32,000 bases of DNA from Candidatus Thorarchaeota archaeon. GTDB taxonomy: Archaea > Asgardarchaeota > Thorarchaeia > Thorarchaeales > Thorarchaeaceae. Under the pieces are notes generated by a model that was not told the origin of the DNA, made no database searches, and was given only the letters and a program-made list of their open reading frames with translations. Positions 1-7,854 of the stretch are shown one piece after another. The stretch is from the NCBI GenBank assembly GCA_003345555.1, contig PRDJ01000041.1, forward strand, positions 30,001-62,000, in the 5' to 3' direction. Made by a program: the position numbers and the translations under genes. Within the stretch, counting starts at the first letter, position 1, and the number at the start of each line of letters is the position of its first letter.

Positions 1-919
1 CGGTGATATACCCACGATAGGCGAACTCACCGCCCACTGCAGCCACGATAATGCCGAGGATTGCAAGGAGTGTCCATAGCGCCCTCTGCCCTTTCGTGAT
101 AGGAATCTCTCCGACAAGCACTCTGCCAGTGTGTCCGTCCATGGCGCACTTGAAAAGACCACCGCCGAACTTATACCGAATCAGCGCAAACGGGGCTTGA
201 AGGTAAGTCGTACCCCGAACAGCCGTTGTTGTTCTGCAGTCGAAAAGCTCAGAAAGACCGGACTTGGCCTGAGCCCTGTGCCTGTCAGCGACTTGACCAC
301 TGGCACTCTTCTCGTATTCATCTGCTCCTATCTCGGCATTGAGCATGGTGGGCTTTAGGTCCTTGATCTTCTCGAAATCGTATCGCACTGTGTCTTTCAA
401 GTCAATCGCCTTGAGGTAATCTTCCAGACCGTAGAAACGGGACCCTTTCCTTGCCAACAATGGTTCATCTGTATCGGAGTGAATCTCACTTTGCACCGGC
501 ACATAACCGGTCTCGTACGCGGTGTAGGTTTCAGTACGAGTGTGGCCCTGCGAATCTCTCACGGTCCGTGTTCGTTGCACCGGAACCTGTACTGTCTTGT
601 AGCCCTTGTACCAGCTATCAGCCTTCACCTTGGAAGTCCAGACGGGAACGAAGATCAGATTGTTCTCCACGACTTGAGCGCCTTGCACGAGAGCCTTGTT
701 CGCCCCCTTGTGCTTCCCAAGATACGCACGAAAACCATCTGTTCGCTCTCTGTCGCCTATGGCCATTTCCATAAGGTGGTCCCCAATTGCTTTCCCTTCT
801 ATGGTCGTCGTACTGCCACAATAGCTGCAGGTAATGACCATATCATCGGGACCAATTCGGACGTTACCATTGCAGACCGGGCACTTGAAAATGTCCGCTG
901 CCTGTGCTTCTGTCCCCAT
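1..919 (-). CDS. YdjG-like zinc-ribbon membrane protein (3' end runs off the window)
   Basis: Not in the ORF track. My manual translation from ATG 919 is open for 306 codons to the edge: MGTEAQAADIFKCPVCNGNVRIGPDDMVITCSYCG...IFVPVW...YLQAPFALIRYKFGGGLFKCAMDGHTGRVLVGEIPITKGQRALWTLLAILGIIVAAV. The CxxC...CxxC ribbon, the (Y/F)xPxW motif and the late AMxGxTG(K/R)V...PI...W plus TM segment match Bacillus subtilis YdjG as I recall it. Confidence 0.8.
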   Translation of the reverse strand, partial: MGTEAQAADIFKCPVCNGNVRIGPDDMVITCSYCGSTTTIEGKAIGDHLMEMAIGDRERTDGFRAYLGKHKGANKALVQGAQVVENNLIFVPVWTSKVKADSWYKGYKTVQVPVQRTRTVRDSQGHTRTETYTAYETGYVPVQSEIHSDTDEPLLARKGSRFYGLEDYLKAIDLKDTVRYDFEKIKDLKPTMLNAEIGADEYEKSASGQVADRHRAQAKSGLSELFDCRTTTAVRGTTYLQAPFALIRYKFGGGLFKCAMDGHTGRVLVGEIPITKGQRALWTLLAILGIIVAAVGGEFAYRGYIT

Positions 920-1066
920 GTTTAGTTCTCCGCGATTTGTGAACTAGGATAACCATACGGTCATTCTCTATTATTAATTCCTATTGTATATACCCAGCGC
1001 GGATTGCCAATAGTGGGTTGGCTTTGAATCGGTGCCATCAGATGTGCACTTAGGAAATGGTAGACA

Positions 1067-2221
1067 CTACCTTCTGACTTCGTCACGGAGGCGCGCCGCA
1101 GAAAACTCATCCACTCGATCTTTCATTTCTTCTCGTGCGGCCTGATGGCGTTCCAAGAATTCAACCATCCTTGGCGCAAGTATTTGTTTGCATTCACCAC
1201 AAAGAATCGCTCCGCTTCTGCATTTCTGGTCGATGTCTGCGAGTTCTCTGTCGTCCGGCATGAAGATGAATGAGTAATACTTGAAGACCGAACACACGTC
1301 GGGATTTGCTCCAAGCCTCCTCTGCTCCTCTGCTGTGGCCCTGCCGCCTGTGAACGCGTTCATGACTTTCTTCCTAGCCAGTTTCGGTTTGTCAGTCGTA
1401 AAGATGGCCGACATTGGATCAGAAGAGGACATCTTTCCCCCTTCACCCAAGCCTGGGACAAATTTGTTCTGGATAGACGCGGGCTTGTAGTATCCCAGCT
1501 TGTCTGCAACATCGCGAGTGACTCTCCAATGCGGGTCTTGGTCTATCGCACAAGGAATGAGACAGGGAACGTTCTTGCCAACAATCCAAGAATGCAGAAA
1601 CGCCGGCACAGCTTGAAGAGCTGGATACCAGATACCTCCGATATTCATGGAGTTCTCAAAGCCGTAGACTGCCTTTGCAGTGGAGAACGTCACTTTCTTG
1701 GCAACCTGAACACCAAGCTCGTATAGCAGGTCAATGTGTTTGATGTCATCAATCAGGAACGTCGTTTCAGGTTCAAATCCTAAGGCCAGAAGATCCAAGG
1801 AGTTCTCGTAGGTATAATGACGGACCTCCTCGATTGTCATGCACTCCTCAAAGAAGAATTTCTCATCATTGGTCAGCTGGAAGTACAGGCGCGTCTTGAA
1901 ACGGTCCTTCAACCATTTGGTGAACATCCAAGGTATGAGGTGACCAATGTGGACTTGGCCGCTAGGTCCTCTGCCTGTGTAGATGAAAAACGGGTGGCCT
2001 TTTGCATATTCGTCCAGTAACCAGTCAAGGTCTCTATGTGAGAAGAACAGACCTCTTTCGAGAAGGAAATGCTTCTCGCCCGCGGCCTTGTAGATTCGCT
2101 CTCTTAGCCTCTGGTCGATCCTTTGCGTGCCAAACAACTCGATTAGACGATCATAGTCAATCTTGCCTCTGACTTCCCAAGGGGTAACGACCATCTCTTC
2201 ATCCTTGTCGGCCATGAACAT
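1067..2221 (-). CDS. trpS: Tryptophanyl-tRNA synthetase (archaeal/eukaryotic type)
   Basis: Class I motifs HIGH and KMSSS; VTPW N-terminus, TGRGPS, AIDQDP, C-terminal CGECK. The start could be the ATG at 2215. Confidence 0.98.
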   Translation of the reverse strand: MFMADKDEEMVVTPWEVRGKIDYDRLIELFGTQRIDQRLRERIYKAAGEKHFLLERGLFFSHRDLDWLLDEYAKGHPFFIYTGRGPSGQVHIGHLIPWMFTKWLKDRFKTRLYFQLTNDEKFFFEECMTIEEVRHYTYENSLDLLALGFEPETTFLIDDIKHIDLLYELGVQVAKKVTFSTAKAVYGFENSMNIGGIWYPALQAVPAFLHSWIVGKNVPCLIPCAIDQDPHWRVTRDVADKLGYYKPASIQNKFVPGLGEGGKMSSSDPMSAIFTTDKPKLARKKVMNAFTGGRATAEEQRRLGANPDVCSVFKYYSFIFMPDDRELADIDQKCRSGAILCGECKQILAPRMVEFLERHQAAREEMKDRVDEFSAARLRDEVRR

Positions 2222-2309
2222 TTCCTCGCTGGCGCATCAGATTCGCTGGAGTTGTCTATGACCGATTGTCATGGCAATTAAGCGTGATGGTTCCAAAAAA
2301 TGTCGACTC

Positions 2310-2966
2310 TCAAAAAGTGACATTCTTGTAGGCATCCGGTACCCTGATTCCAGTCTTTCCTTGGAATATCTCTCGAAGAAGCTCGTAGTGCTCGTCCAAG
2401 TCCTTCAATAGCTTCTCCAACGCATGCGGCTCGATGTTCGGTTCAGCAGTCCAGATAGTAAGGTAGTTACTGATGATACCTACGTCAGCCGCGCCTTCTT
2501 CCAAGTCATTGTAGATAGTGATCTTCACCAGAAACTCTGCTTCGAACATATTGAGTATGTCATGCACACTCATTACTATGAGATCCAGAAAACCAATGAG
2601 GTCCTCGAGCTCCGGCGACTCTTCGGCATTGCTTCTCAATGATTCGGCGAAGGTCTGAATGCTCGATACTTTCTGTCGAAGGGTCTCGAACATTTTCATC
2701 AGCTTAGTGAACTCCCTGATCGATGCCTCGAGAGAGGGCACAAGCTTATCGAACAGGGTGACCAAGAGCTTGCCCCGAGCATTTTCCCTGATGTCCTTGA
2801 AGCCATCCAATTTGCCCATTGGACCATCTAGGTGCTCGACTTGAACAAGAGTGTTGGTGACTGCCTGAATGGATTTGACTGAGTTTCTCTGTATCTTGGA
2901 CCAGCGCTCGACAAATGAGTCGATGCCCTCGCGAAGGTCCTCCAGAACTTCGAACTCTTGAGTCAA
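2310..2966 (-). CDS. All-helical protein resembling eukaryotic CINP/C1orf109 (about 218 aa)
   Basis: The ORF track gives 2310..3113. A TTG at 2966, preceded by GAGGGA and with a TTATAA box about 35 nt upstream, is a more likely start. The C-terminal MFEAEFLVKITIYNDL...SNYLTIWTAEPNIE resembles the CINP C-terminus as I recall it. Confidence 0.7.
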   Translation of the reverse strand: MTQEFEVLEDLREGIDSFVERWSKIQRNSVKSIQAVTNTLVQVEHLDGPMGKLDGFKDIRENARGKLLVTLFDKLVPSLEASIREFTKLMKMFETLRQKVSSIQTFAESLRSNAEESPELEDLIGFLDLIVMSVHDILNMFEAEFLVKITIYNDLEEGAADVGIISNYLTIWTAEPNIEPHALEKLLKDLDEHYELLREIFQGKTGIRVPDAYKNVTF

Positions 2967-3000
2967 GTCCGTTCCCTCTAGTGAGAACTTCGCTTGACGA

Positions 3001-3008
3001 CTTATAAC
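3001..3008 (-). promoter_or_regulatory. Putative TATA box of the CINP-like gene
   Basis: TTATAAG on the minus strand, about 35 nt upstream of TTG 2966. Confidence 0.45.
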
Positions 3009-3128
3009 CTCTCCTGCGAGGACATGAAAACGTGGAAGCGTTAAAGGCGAACATTCGTCGTTTCGACGTTCCAAGCGAACCTGCGTGAGTACGCTCATCG
3101 AATCGGTTATCATCTGTGCGTTCGGAAT

Positions 3129-3680
3129 TCAGTGCGCAGACTTCATGGCATCAGCTCTCGTGACGACACCGATGAGACGTCCTTGCTTCTGAACAAGTAC
3201 AGCCTGAAAAGATTCGAACAGGGGCAGAATGAAGCTCAGAGGTGTGCTCTCGTCGAACATTGGGGGAGCAATAGGATCCATGATTGCTTGTACCGAAACT
3301 TGTGCAAGATTGCGTCGTAGATTCCGGACGATGCCAAGTTCGGTGATGATGCCAATGACCCGTCCACTCCTGACCACGGGTAGCTGAGAAAATGCACGTT
3401 CCTGCATAATCAGAACAACACTCGAAACTGAATCACGTGCGTCCACAGTCGTGGGATCAGCGGTCATGACATCACCCAGAACCGGACCGGAATGCTCGCT
3501 GAGAACCTCAAGTATCTTGTTCGCTACGGAGAGCTTCGGGTCGAGAGTGCCAGACTCGATTCGCGCTACGTAGGATTGCGATACACCCACGGCATGCGCC
3601 AGCTCTCCCTGAGTCATCCCCGCTTGCCGCCTCAATGCCGTCACGAGTTCAGGTGTGAGTATCAAGATGGTCATCTCCAA
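3129..3680 (-). CDS. XRE-family HTH plus CBS-pair transcriptional regulator (COG3620-like)
   Basis: LRRQAGMTQGELAHAVGVSQSYVARIESG HTH, followed by two CBS repeats (DVMTADP...FSQLPVV...GIIT; IMD...LIGVVTRAD). The start may be ATG 3674. Confidence 0.92.
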   Translation of the reverse strand: MEMTILILTPELVTALRRQAGMTQGELAHAVGVSQSYVARIESGTLDPKLSVANKILEVLSEHSGPVLGDVMTADPTTVDARDSVSSVVLIMQERAFSQLPVVRSGRVIGIITELGIVRNLRRNLAQVSVQAIMDPIAPPMFDESTPLSFILPLFESFQAVLVQKQGRLIGVVTRADAMKSAH

Positions 3681-3701
3681 TTCCTAACAGTTATCTAGAA
3701 G

Positions 3702-3746
3702 ATGATAATCATTACCGGTAGTAATCACTATCCAAAGCTATTTAAG
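3702..3746. promoter_or_regulatory. Divergent promoter region with overlapping palindromes and the mat TATA box
   Basis: ATGAT-A-ATCAT (3702-3712), ATTAC-N5-GTAAT (3711-3725) and TATTTAAG (3739-3746). Confidence 0.45.
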
Positions 3747-3780
3747 AAGCGCCCTCAGGGCACGATGAAAAGAAAGTGAG

Positions 3781-4995
3781 TTGAGCCTTATGGGCCTGAA
3801 CCTAGAAGTCACGAAAGGAGAAGGTATCTGCGTTGCAGACCGAAAAGTGGAGATAGTTGAAAGGAAGGGCAAGGGCCATCCTGACACTCTCTGTGACAAG
3901 GCCGCTGAGGAGCTCTCAATACACCTCAGCGAATACTACCTGAAGGAATTCGGCAGAGTCCAGCATCATAACGTGGACAAGGTTCTGCTAGCAGGAGGTT
4001 TGTCCAATGTTCATTTTGGTGGAGGAGACGTAATCGAACCGATATACATCCTGATGAGCGGCCGCGCTGTTGATGTCATCGGGAGAGACTACACCCGTCA
4101 GGTTCCAGTGGGAAAATTCGCAGTGGAACACACGCGCGAATGGATGAGCAAGGACTTGCCTCATCTTGATGTGAACTCTGATGTCATCATCGACTACAAG
4201 ATACGTGCGGGTAGCACTGATCTTGTCGGTAACTTCGACGCGGGAGTGGAAATCCCGAGGTCAAACGACACGAGCTTTGGCGTCGCCTATGCGCCGATGT
4301 CAGCAACAGAGAAACTTGTTCTGGAATCTGAGCACCTCTTGAACTCCCCAGCGGTTAAGAAGAAGTGGCCCCAAATCGGCGAGGACATTAAGGTCATGGG
4401 TACGCGCGTAGGCAAGAAGATCCACTTGCAGGTTGCTGTTGCTGTAATTTCAACAGAGACAAGAGACGCAGACGAGTACGCCAACGTGATGCAGACTGTG
4501 AAGGATCTATTGATTGACCAGGCCGTCAAAATCACGGACATGCCCGTGACTGTTGCAGTCAACACCGCAGACGATCCATCCAAAGGTCTGTTTTACCTAA
4601 CTGTGACTGGCACATCAGCCGAGCACGGCGATGATGGCCAAGTCGGCCGTGGCAACAGAGCCAATGGTCTAATCACTCCATACAGACCGATGACGCTTGA
4701 AGCTGCAGCGGGCAAGAATCCCATATCACATGTTGGAAAGACATACAATGTGGCTGCCAGAGAAATCGTCGACCGAATAGCCGGTGAGCACCCCGAACTG
4801 AAGCAGGTCTACTGCTACGTTGTCAGTCAGATAGGAGCTCCAATAACTGAACCTCAGGCTGTAAACGTTGAGCTATATGGAAACGTCAATCTCAGCTCGG
4901 TGAAGAGTTCCGTGGAAAGCATATGCGATGAAGTCATTGCCAAGTTGCCTTATCTCTGGAAGGGATTCATCAAGCGCGAGTACCAGCTGTGGTAG
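3781..4995 (+). CDS. mat: Archaeal-type S-adenosylmethionine synthetase
   Basis: VEIVERKGKGHPDTLCD, HHNVDK, NDTSFGV, GEDIKVMG, YLTVTGTSAEHGDDGQVGRGNR, EAAAGKNPISHVGK. The start may be ATG 3790. Confidence 0.97.
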   Translation: MSLMGLNLEVTKGEGICVADRKVEIVERKGKGHPDTLCDKAAEELSIHLSEYYLKEFGRVQHHNVDKVLLAGGLSNVHFGGGDVIEPIYILMSGRAVDVIGRDYTRQVPVGKFAVEHTREWMSKDLPHLDVNSDVIIDYKIRAGSTDLVGNFDAGVEIPRSNDTSFGVAYAPMSATEKLVLESEHLLNSPAVKKKWPQIGEDIKVMGTRVGKKIHLQVAVAVISTETRDADEYANVMQTVKDLLIDQAVKITDMPVTVAVNTADDPSKGLFYLTVTGTSAEHGDDGQVGRGNRANGLITPYRPMTLEAAAGKNPISHVGKTYNVAAREIVDRIAGEHPELKQVYCYVVSQIGAPITEPQAVNVELYGNVNLSSVKSSVESICDEVIAKLPYLWKGFIKREYQLW

Positions 4996-5019
4996 GCTAT
5001 TGGATTAGTCTTCTTGTGA

Positions 5020-5037
5020 GGCATCCTTACGGATGCC
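5020..5037 (+). terminator. Hairpin after mat
   Basis: GGCATCC-TTAC-GGATGCC, a perfect 7-bp stem followed by a pyrimidine-rich tract. Confidence 0.55.
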
Positions 5038-5145
5038 CCTTCCCACCTTCCCAGCATCGACTCGGCATCCAAACGCCGAATGTGAAGCCGAGCGGACACG
5101 AGCGTGAGATTCTTTTTAAGGGTAGGCGGCCACAGGATTAGCAGG

Positions 5146-5179
5146 TCAACCCCGGTCCTGTGCCAAACAGGGGGGTTGA
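5146..5179 (+). promoter_or_regulatory. Stable 5'-leader hairpin upstream of the 186-aa gene
   Basis: TCAACCCC/GGGGTTGA plus CCTGT/ACAGG with a 3-nt bulge. It lies between a TTTTTAAG box (about 5113-5120) and AGGAG (5190-5194). Confidence 0.5.
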
Positions 5180-5203
5180 GCAACTCTCTAGGAGAAACCA
5201 CAA

Positions 5204-5764
5204 TTGGGCAAAGTAACTGATGACATTGCCAAGCGAATCAGGAAGAAAGCAGCCAAGGACATCAAGGGTGGCTTCTTCGGCAAGATTACCCACTACATCC
5301 CTGGTTGGCACGGATACCAGGAGAAGGAAGAACGCCGCGCCGCAGACAAAGTCCTTCGTGAGTTCCTCGCTGACCAGCTCCGCCTAGTCAAACAGGACCT
5401 CGAGAAGCTGCAGGGCATGATGGTGGATTACAATCTGACCAAGACGTTCGAGACCTTTGACCGAATGCTTGCTTTAACAGACAAGATCGAGTCCGCCATA
5501 CGATATGCGGACTATGGCTATTCGTCATGGGGCTCGAAGGAGAAGATTGGCTCGAAATCCCTCGATCGGATGTATGAATTCGATGCTGTCATTATTGACG
5601 ACATTGGTGCAATCAACGATGTCGCCGAGGAGTTCACAGACAAGATGAATCAAGGCAAGTTCGATGACGCATGGAATTACACCTACAGAATGTGGCAAAT
5701 CGTGCAGCGTCTTGAGGAAAAGTGGAACCAGCGCGAAGGTTTCATGAAAGGTTACCAGGAGTAG
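5204..5764 (+). CDS. Conserved all-helical protein (IPGxxGYxxKExRR...ADYGY...YEFD family), function unknown
   Basis: AGGAG ribosome-binding site, TTG start, strongly amphipathic helical pattern. I recall this motif set from hypothetical proteins of archaea and Chloroflexi. Confidence 0.85.
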   Translation: MGKVTDDIAKRIRKKAAKDIKGGFFGKITHYIPGWHGYQEKEERRAADKVLREFLADQLRLVKQDLEKLQGMMVDYNLTKTFETFDRMLALTDKIESAIRYADYGYSSWGSKEKIGSKSLDRMYEFDAVIIDDIGAINDVAEEFTDKMNQGKFDDAWNYTYRMWQIVQRLEEKWNQREGFMKGYQE

Positions 5765-5773
5765 GAATCTTGA

Positions 5774-5818
5774 GGATTGTCACGGGATTCCTCTCCCTGA
5801 CAATCCCGTCTTCTTTTC
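5774..5818 (+). terminator. Hairpin plus U-tract terminator
   Basis: GGATTGTCA-c-GGGA-ttcctc-TCCC-TGACAATCC (13-bp stem with one bulge) followed by cgtcttcttttc. Confidence 0.7.
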
Positions 5819-5945
5819 AATGGATCATTGTCGTAAACAATTCACAGCTGACGTGAAGCAACATACGACCATGCTTTGCTAGTGCCGGGCATCAACTGAA
5901 TGAGAAGACTGATTACCTAGCCTGCTGACTGCAGACCCGACAACA

Positions 5946-6701
5946 ATGAGAATCACGTTGTTAGGTACTGGCACATCACTGCCGGATACCAAGCGAGTGC
6001 AGTCCGGCATCCTTGTTGAGCAAGGCGACAGGTCGTTCCTGTTCGATATAGGTTCAGGAGTACTTCACAGATTTGTCGAGACTGGAACTGACGTGAAGAC
6101 CCTCGACAGTGTCTTCATTAGCCACCTCCACGTCGACCATTCGTCAGATTTCATCGCTTTGTATCAGACGCTATGGCTTTCAGCATTTGACAAGATTCTG
6201 CATCTCTACGCCCCTCCTCCTGCTCGCGAATGGTTCCGCATGCTCAACGAAGTCATCTATCCCTACCTCAGGGGCAAGGTCAACGTTGAAGTAACAGAGC
6301 TAAAGGAGCGCGATATCGTCAAGACCGGGTTGTTGACAGTAATGTGTCGAAAGACGCAGCACGGCATCATGGACTCAAGGGCGTTCAGAGTGGAACAAGG
6401 AGGCCGCTCAGTAGTAATCTCTGGTGATACTGCCCCCTGCAAAGAAGTCATTGAACTCGCGACAGGCGCAGATATCCTCATACACGAATGCAACTGGTTG
6501 GATGGAAGACACTCGGAAGGAGTCCACACTTCGCCAAGCCAGCTGGCAGAGGTTGTCAGAAAGGCAAGACCTAAGAAGCTCATAATAGTGCATGCCTTCC
6601 CTGAAGTGGTCTTCAACATCCAGAAAGTGATATCAACCATCGGTGCGGATCAGGGAACAGAGGTCGTTCTTGGCGAGGACATGATGACAATGGTTCTCTA
6701 G
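5946..6701 (+). CDS. Metallo-beta-lactamase-fold hydrolase, ElaC/RNase Z/AtsA-like (no exosite)
   Basis: LLGTG, FDIGSG, HLHVDH, SGDT, HEC, H-T-S and a C-terminal H. It lacks the flexible-arm insertion of canonical RNase Z, so the substrate is uncertain. Confidence 0.88.
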   Translation: MRITLLGTGTSLPDTKRVQSGILVEQGDRSFLFDIGSGVLHRFVETGTDVKTLDSVFISHLHVDHSSDFIALYQTLWLSAFDKILHLYAPPPAREWFRMLNEVIYPYLRGKVNVEVTELKERDIVKTGLLTVMCRKTQHGIMDSRAFRVEQGGRSVVISGDTAPCKEVIELATGADILIHECNWLDGRHSEGVHTSPSQLAEVVRKARPKKLIIVHAFPEVVFNIQKVISTIGADQGTEVVLGEDMMTMVL

Positions 6702-6757
6702 TGTGACCGAGTGAGGATGCGGTCATGTCAGGCTTTCTTTTATATACCGGACACTGC

Positions 6758-6827
6758 TAGCATGCTACCCGACCGACCTAAGGGCTGAAGCATGCAACCG
6801 CGAACCCTAGCATGTCAATCTTTAAAA
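6758..6827 (+). promoter_or_regulatory. Three AGCATG-core sites plus a TATA box upstream of the SPFH gene
   Basis: TAGCATGCTA (6758), AAGCATGCAA (6788) and TAGCATGTCA (6808), then TTTAAAA (6821-6827). Confidence 0.45.
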
Positions 6828-6875
6828 CGGATTACAGCCCAATAGGCCGCAGTACTCCAAGTTCTGGTGTAATAA

Positions 6876-7760
6876 ATGGCCGACTCAATTGAATGGACCA
6901 ATGCGAGCCCGGACGACATCGTCTGGCGCTTCCCGGACAACAGAATAAAGTGGGGCTCTTCGCTCACTGTTATGGAGAATCAGGTTGCCATCTTCTACAG
7001 AGACGGCAAGGCACTCGATTCTTTCATCGCAGGGCGCCACAAGTTGACAACAAGCAGCATGCCAGGTTTGGTAGGCTGGCTTCAGAAGAAGCTCAAGGGT
7101 GACGTCTTCGAGGCGACCTGCATCTTTGTGTCACGATCGCAGTTCCAAGGCAAGTATGGTGGCCGAGGACAAACCTCGGACCTTGCGCCTCTGATGTTTC
7201 ACGGCAACTTCTGGTTCCGAATCAAGGAACCAAAGATATTCACAAACGAGGTCGTGGGGAACCAAAACGCATTCACTACTCCAAAGGTCGACGACTACTT
7301 GCGCTCATTCATGAACGAGAAAGTCATCGATGAGTTCGCTCACTTTGACCTGCAGACAGTCTTCACCCAGCTCGATGAGACCTCCTTGAAGGTCAAGACC
7401 AACGTACGGATGGACTTCGAGCGATTGGGATTGGAACTCGTGGACCTCAAGTTCGAGGGAATCGACACGACCGATCAGTACCGTGAGAGGCTCTTCTGGC
7501 TTAAGACGGGCAAGGTTGAAGGTGCTCATCTGGCTGGAATGGAGACAATGAAGAGCGCTGCAGAGTCGCTGGGCAAGAGCCCGGGTGCCGGCTTTGGCGC
7601 AGGAATGGGCTTCATGGGTGCAGTCAGCGGTACAGTAGCTGGGCCACAGACTGGCACAGCAGCACGCACAGCGCCAGCGGGAACCAAGTTCTGTCCTAAC
7701 TGTGGAGCAGAACTAAAGGGCGGCAAGTTCTGTCCCGAATGCGGGCAGAAGGTTAGTTAG
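6876..7760 (+). CDS. SPFH/Band-7 domain protein with C-terminal double zinc ribbon (YdjI-like)
   Basis: IEW...IVWRFP..RIKWGSSLTVMENQVAIFYRDG N-terminus, Gly/Met/Ala-rich linker and KFCPNCG...KFCPECGQKV, the same architecture as B. subtilis YdjI. Confidence 0.9.
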   Translation: MADSIEWTNASPDDIVWRFPDNRIKWGSSLTVMENQVAIFYRDGKALDSFIAGRHKLTTSSMPGLVGWLQKKLKGDVFEATCIFVSRSQFQGKYGGRGQTSDLAPLMFHGNFWFRIKEPKIFTNEVVGNQNAFTTPKVDDYLRSFMNEKVIDEFAHFDLQTVFTQLDETSLKVKTNVRMDFERLGLELVDLKFEGIDTTDQYRERLFWLKTGKVEGAHLAGMETMKSAAESLGKSPGAGFGAGMGFMGAVSGTVAGPQTGTAARTAPAGTKFCPNCGAELKGGKFCPECGQKVS

Positions 7761-7771
7761 TATAGTTCCTA

Positions 7772-7813
7772 GGGCAGGACCTACTCGGTCCCCCCTTCTC
7801 CTTCTTTCTTTTC
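7772..7813 (+). terminator. Hairpin plus pyrimidine tract between convergent genes
   Basis: GGACC-tactc-GGTCC flanked by GGG/CCC, then ttctccttctttcttttc. Confidence 0.5.
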
Positions 7814-7854
7814 TGCTGTATCTTCTGGATTAGTCCTATGCATAGGCTGCTAGA

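Noticed and set aside
131-925. Plus-strand ORFs 131..358, 451..774 and 479..925
   Set aside because: They are antisense shadows of the real minus-strand YdjG-like gene and have no recognisable motifs.
5774-5806. Hairpin as a possible SECIS element
   Set aside because: There is no in-frame UGA in neighbouring genes and no AUGA/GA core. Its position and U-tract fit a terminator better.
5946-6701. Calling the MBL protein tRNase Z (rnz)
   Set aside because: It lacks the exosite (flexible arm) between the His motif III region and SGDT, so it is left as an ElaC/AtsA-like hydrolase.
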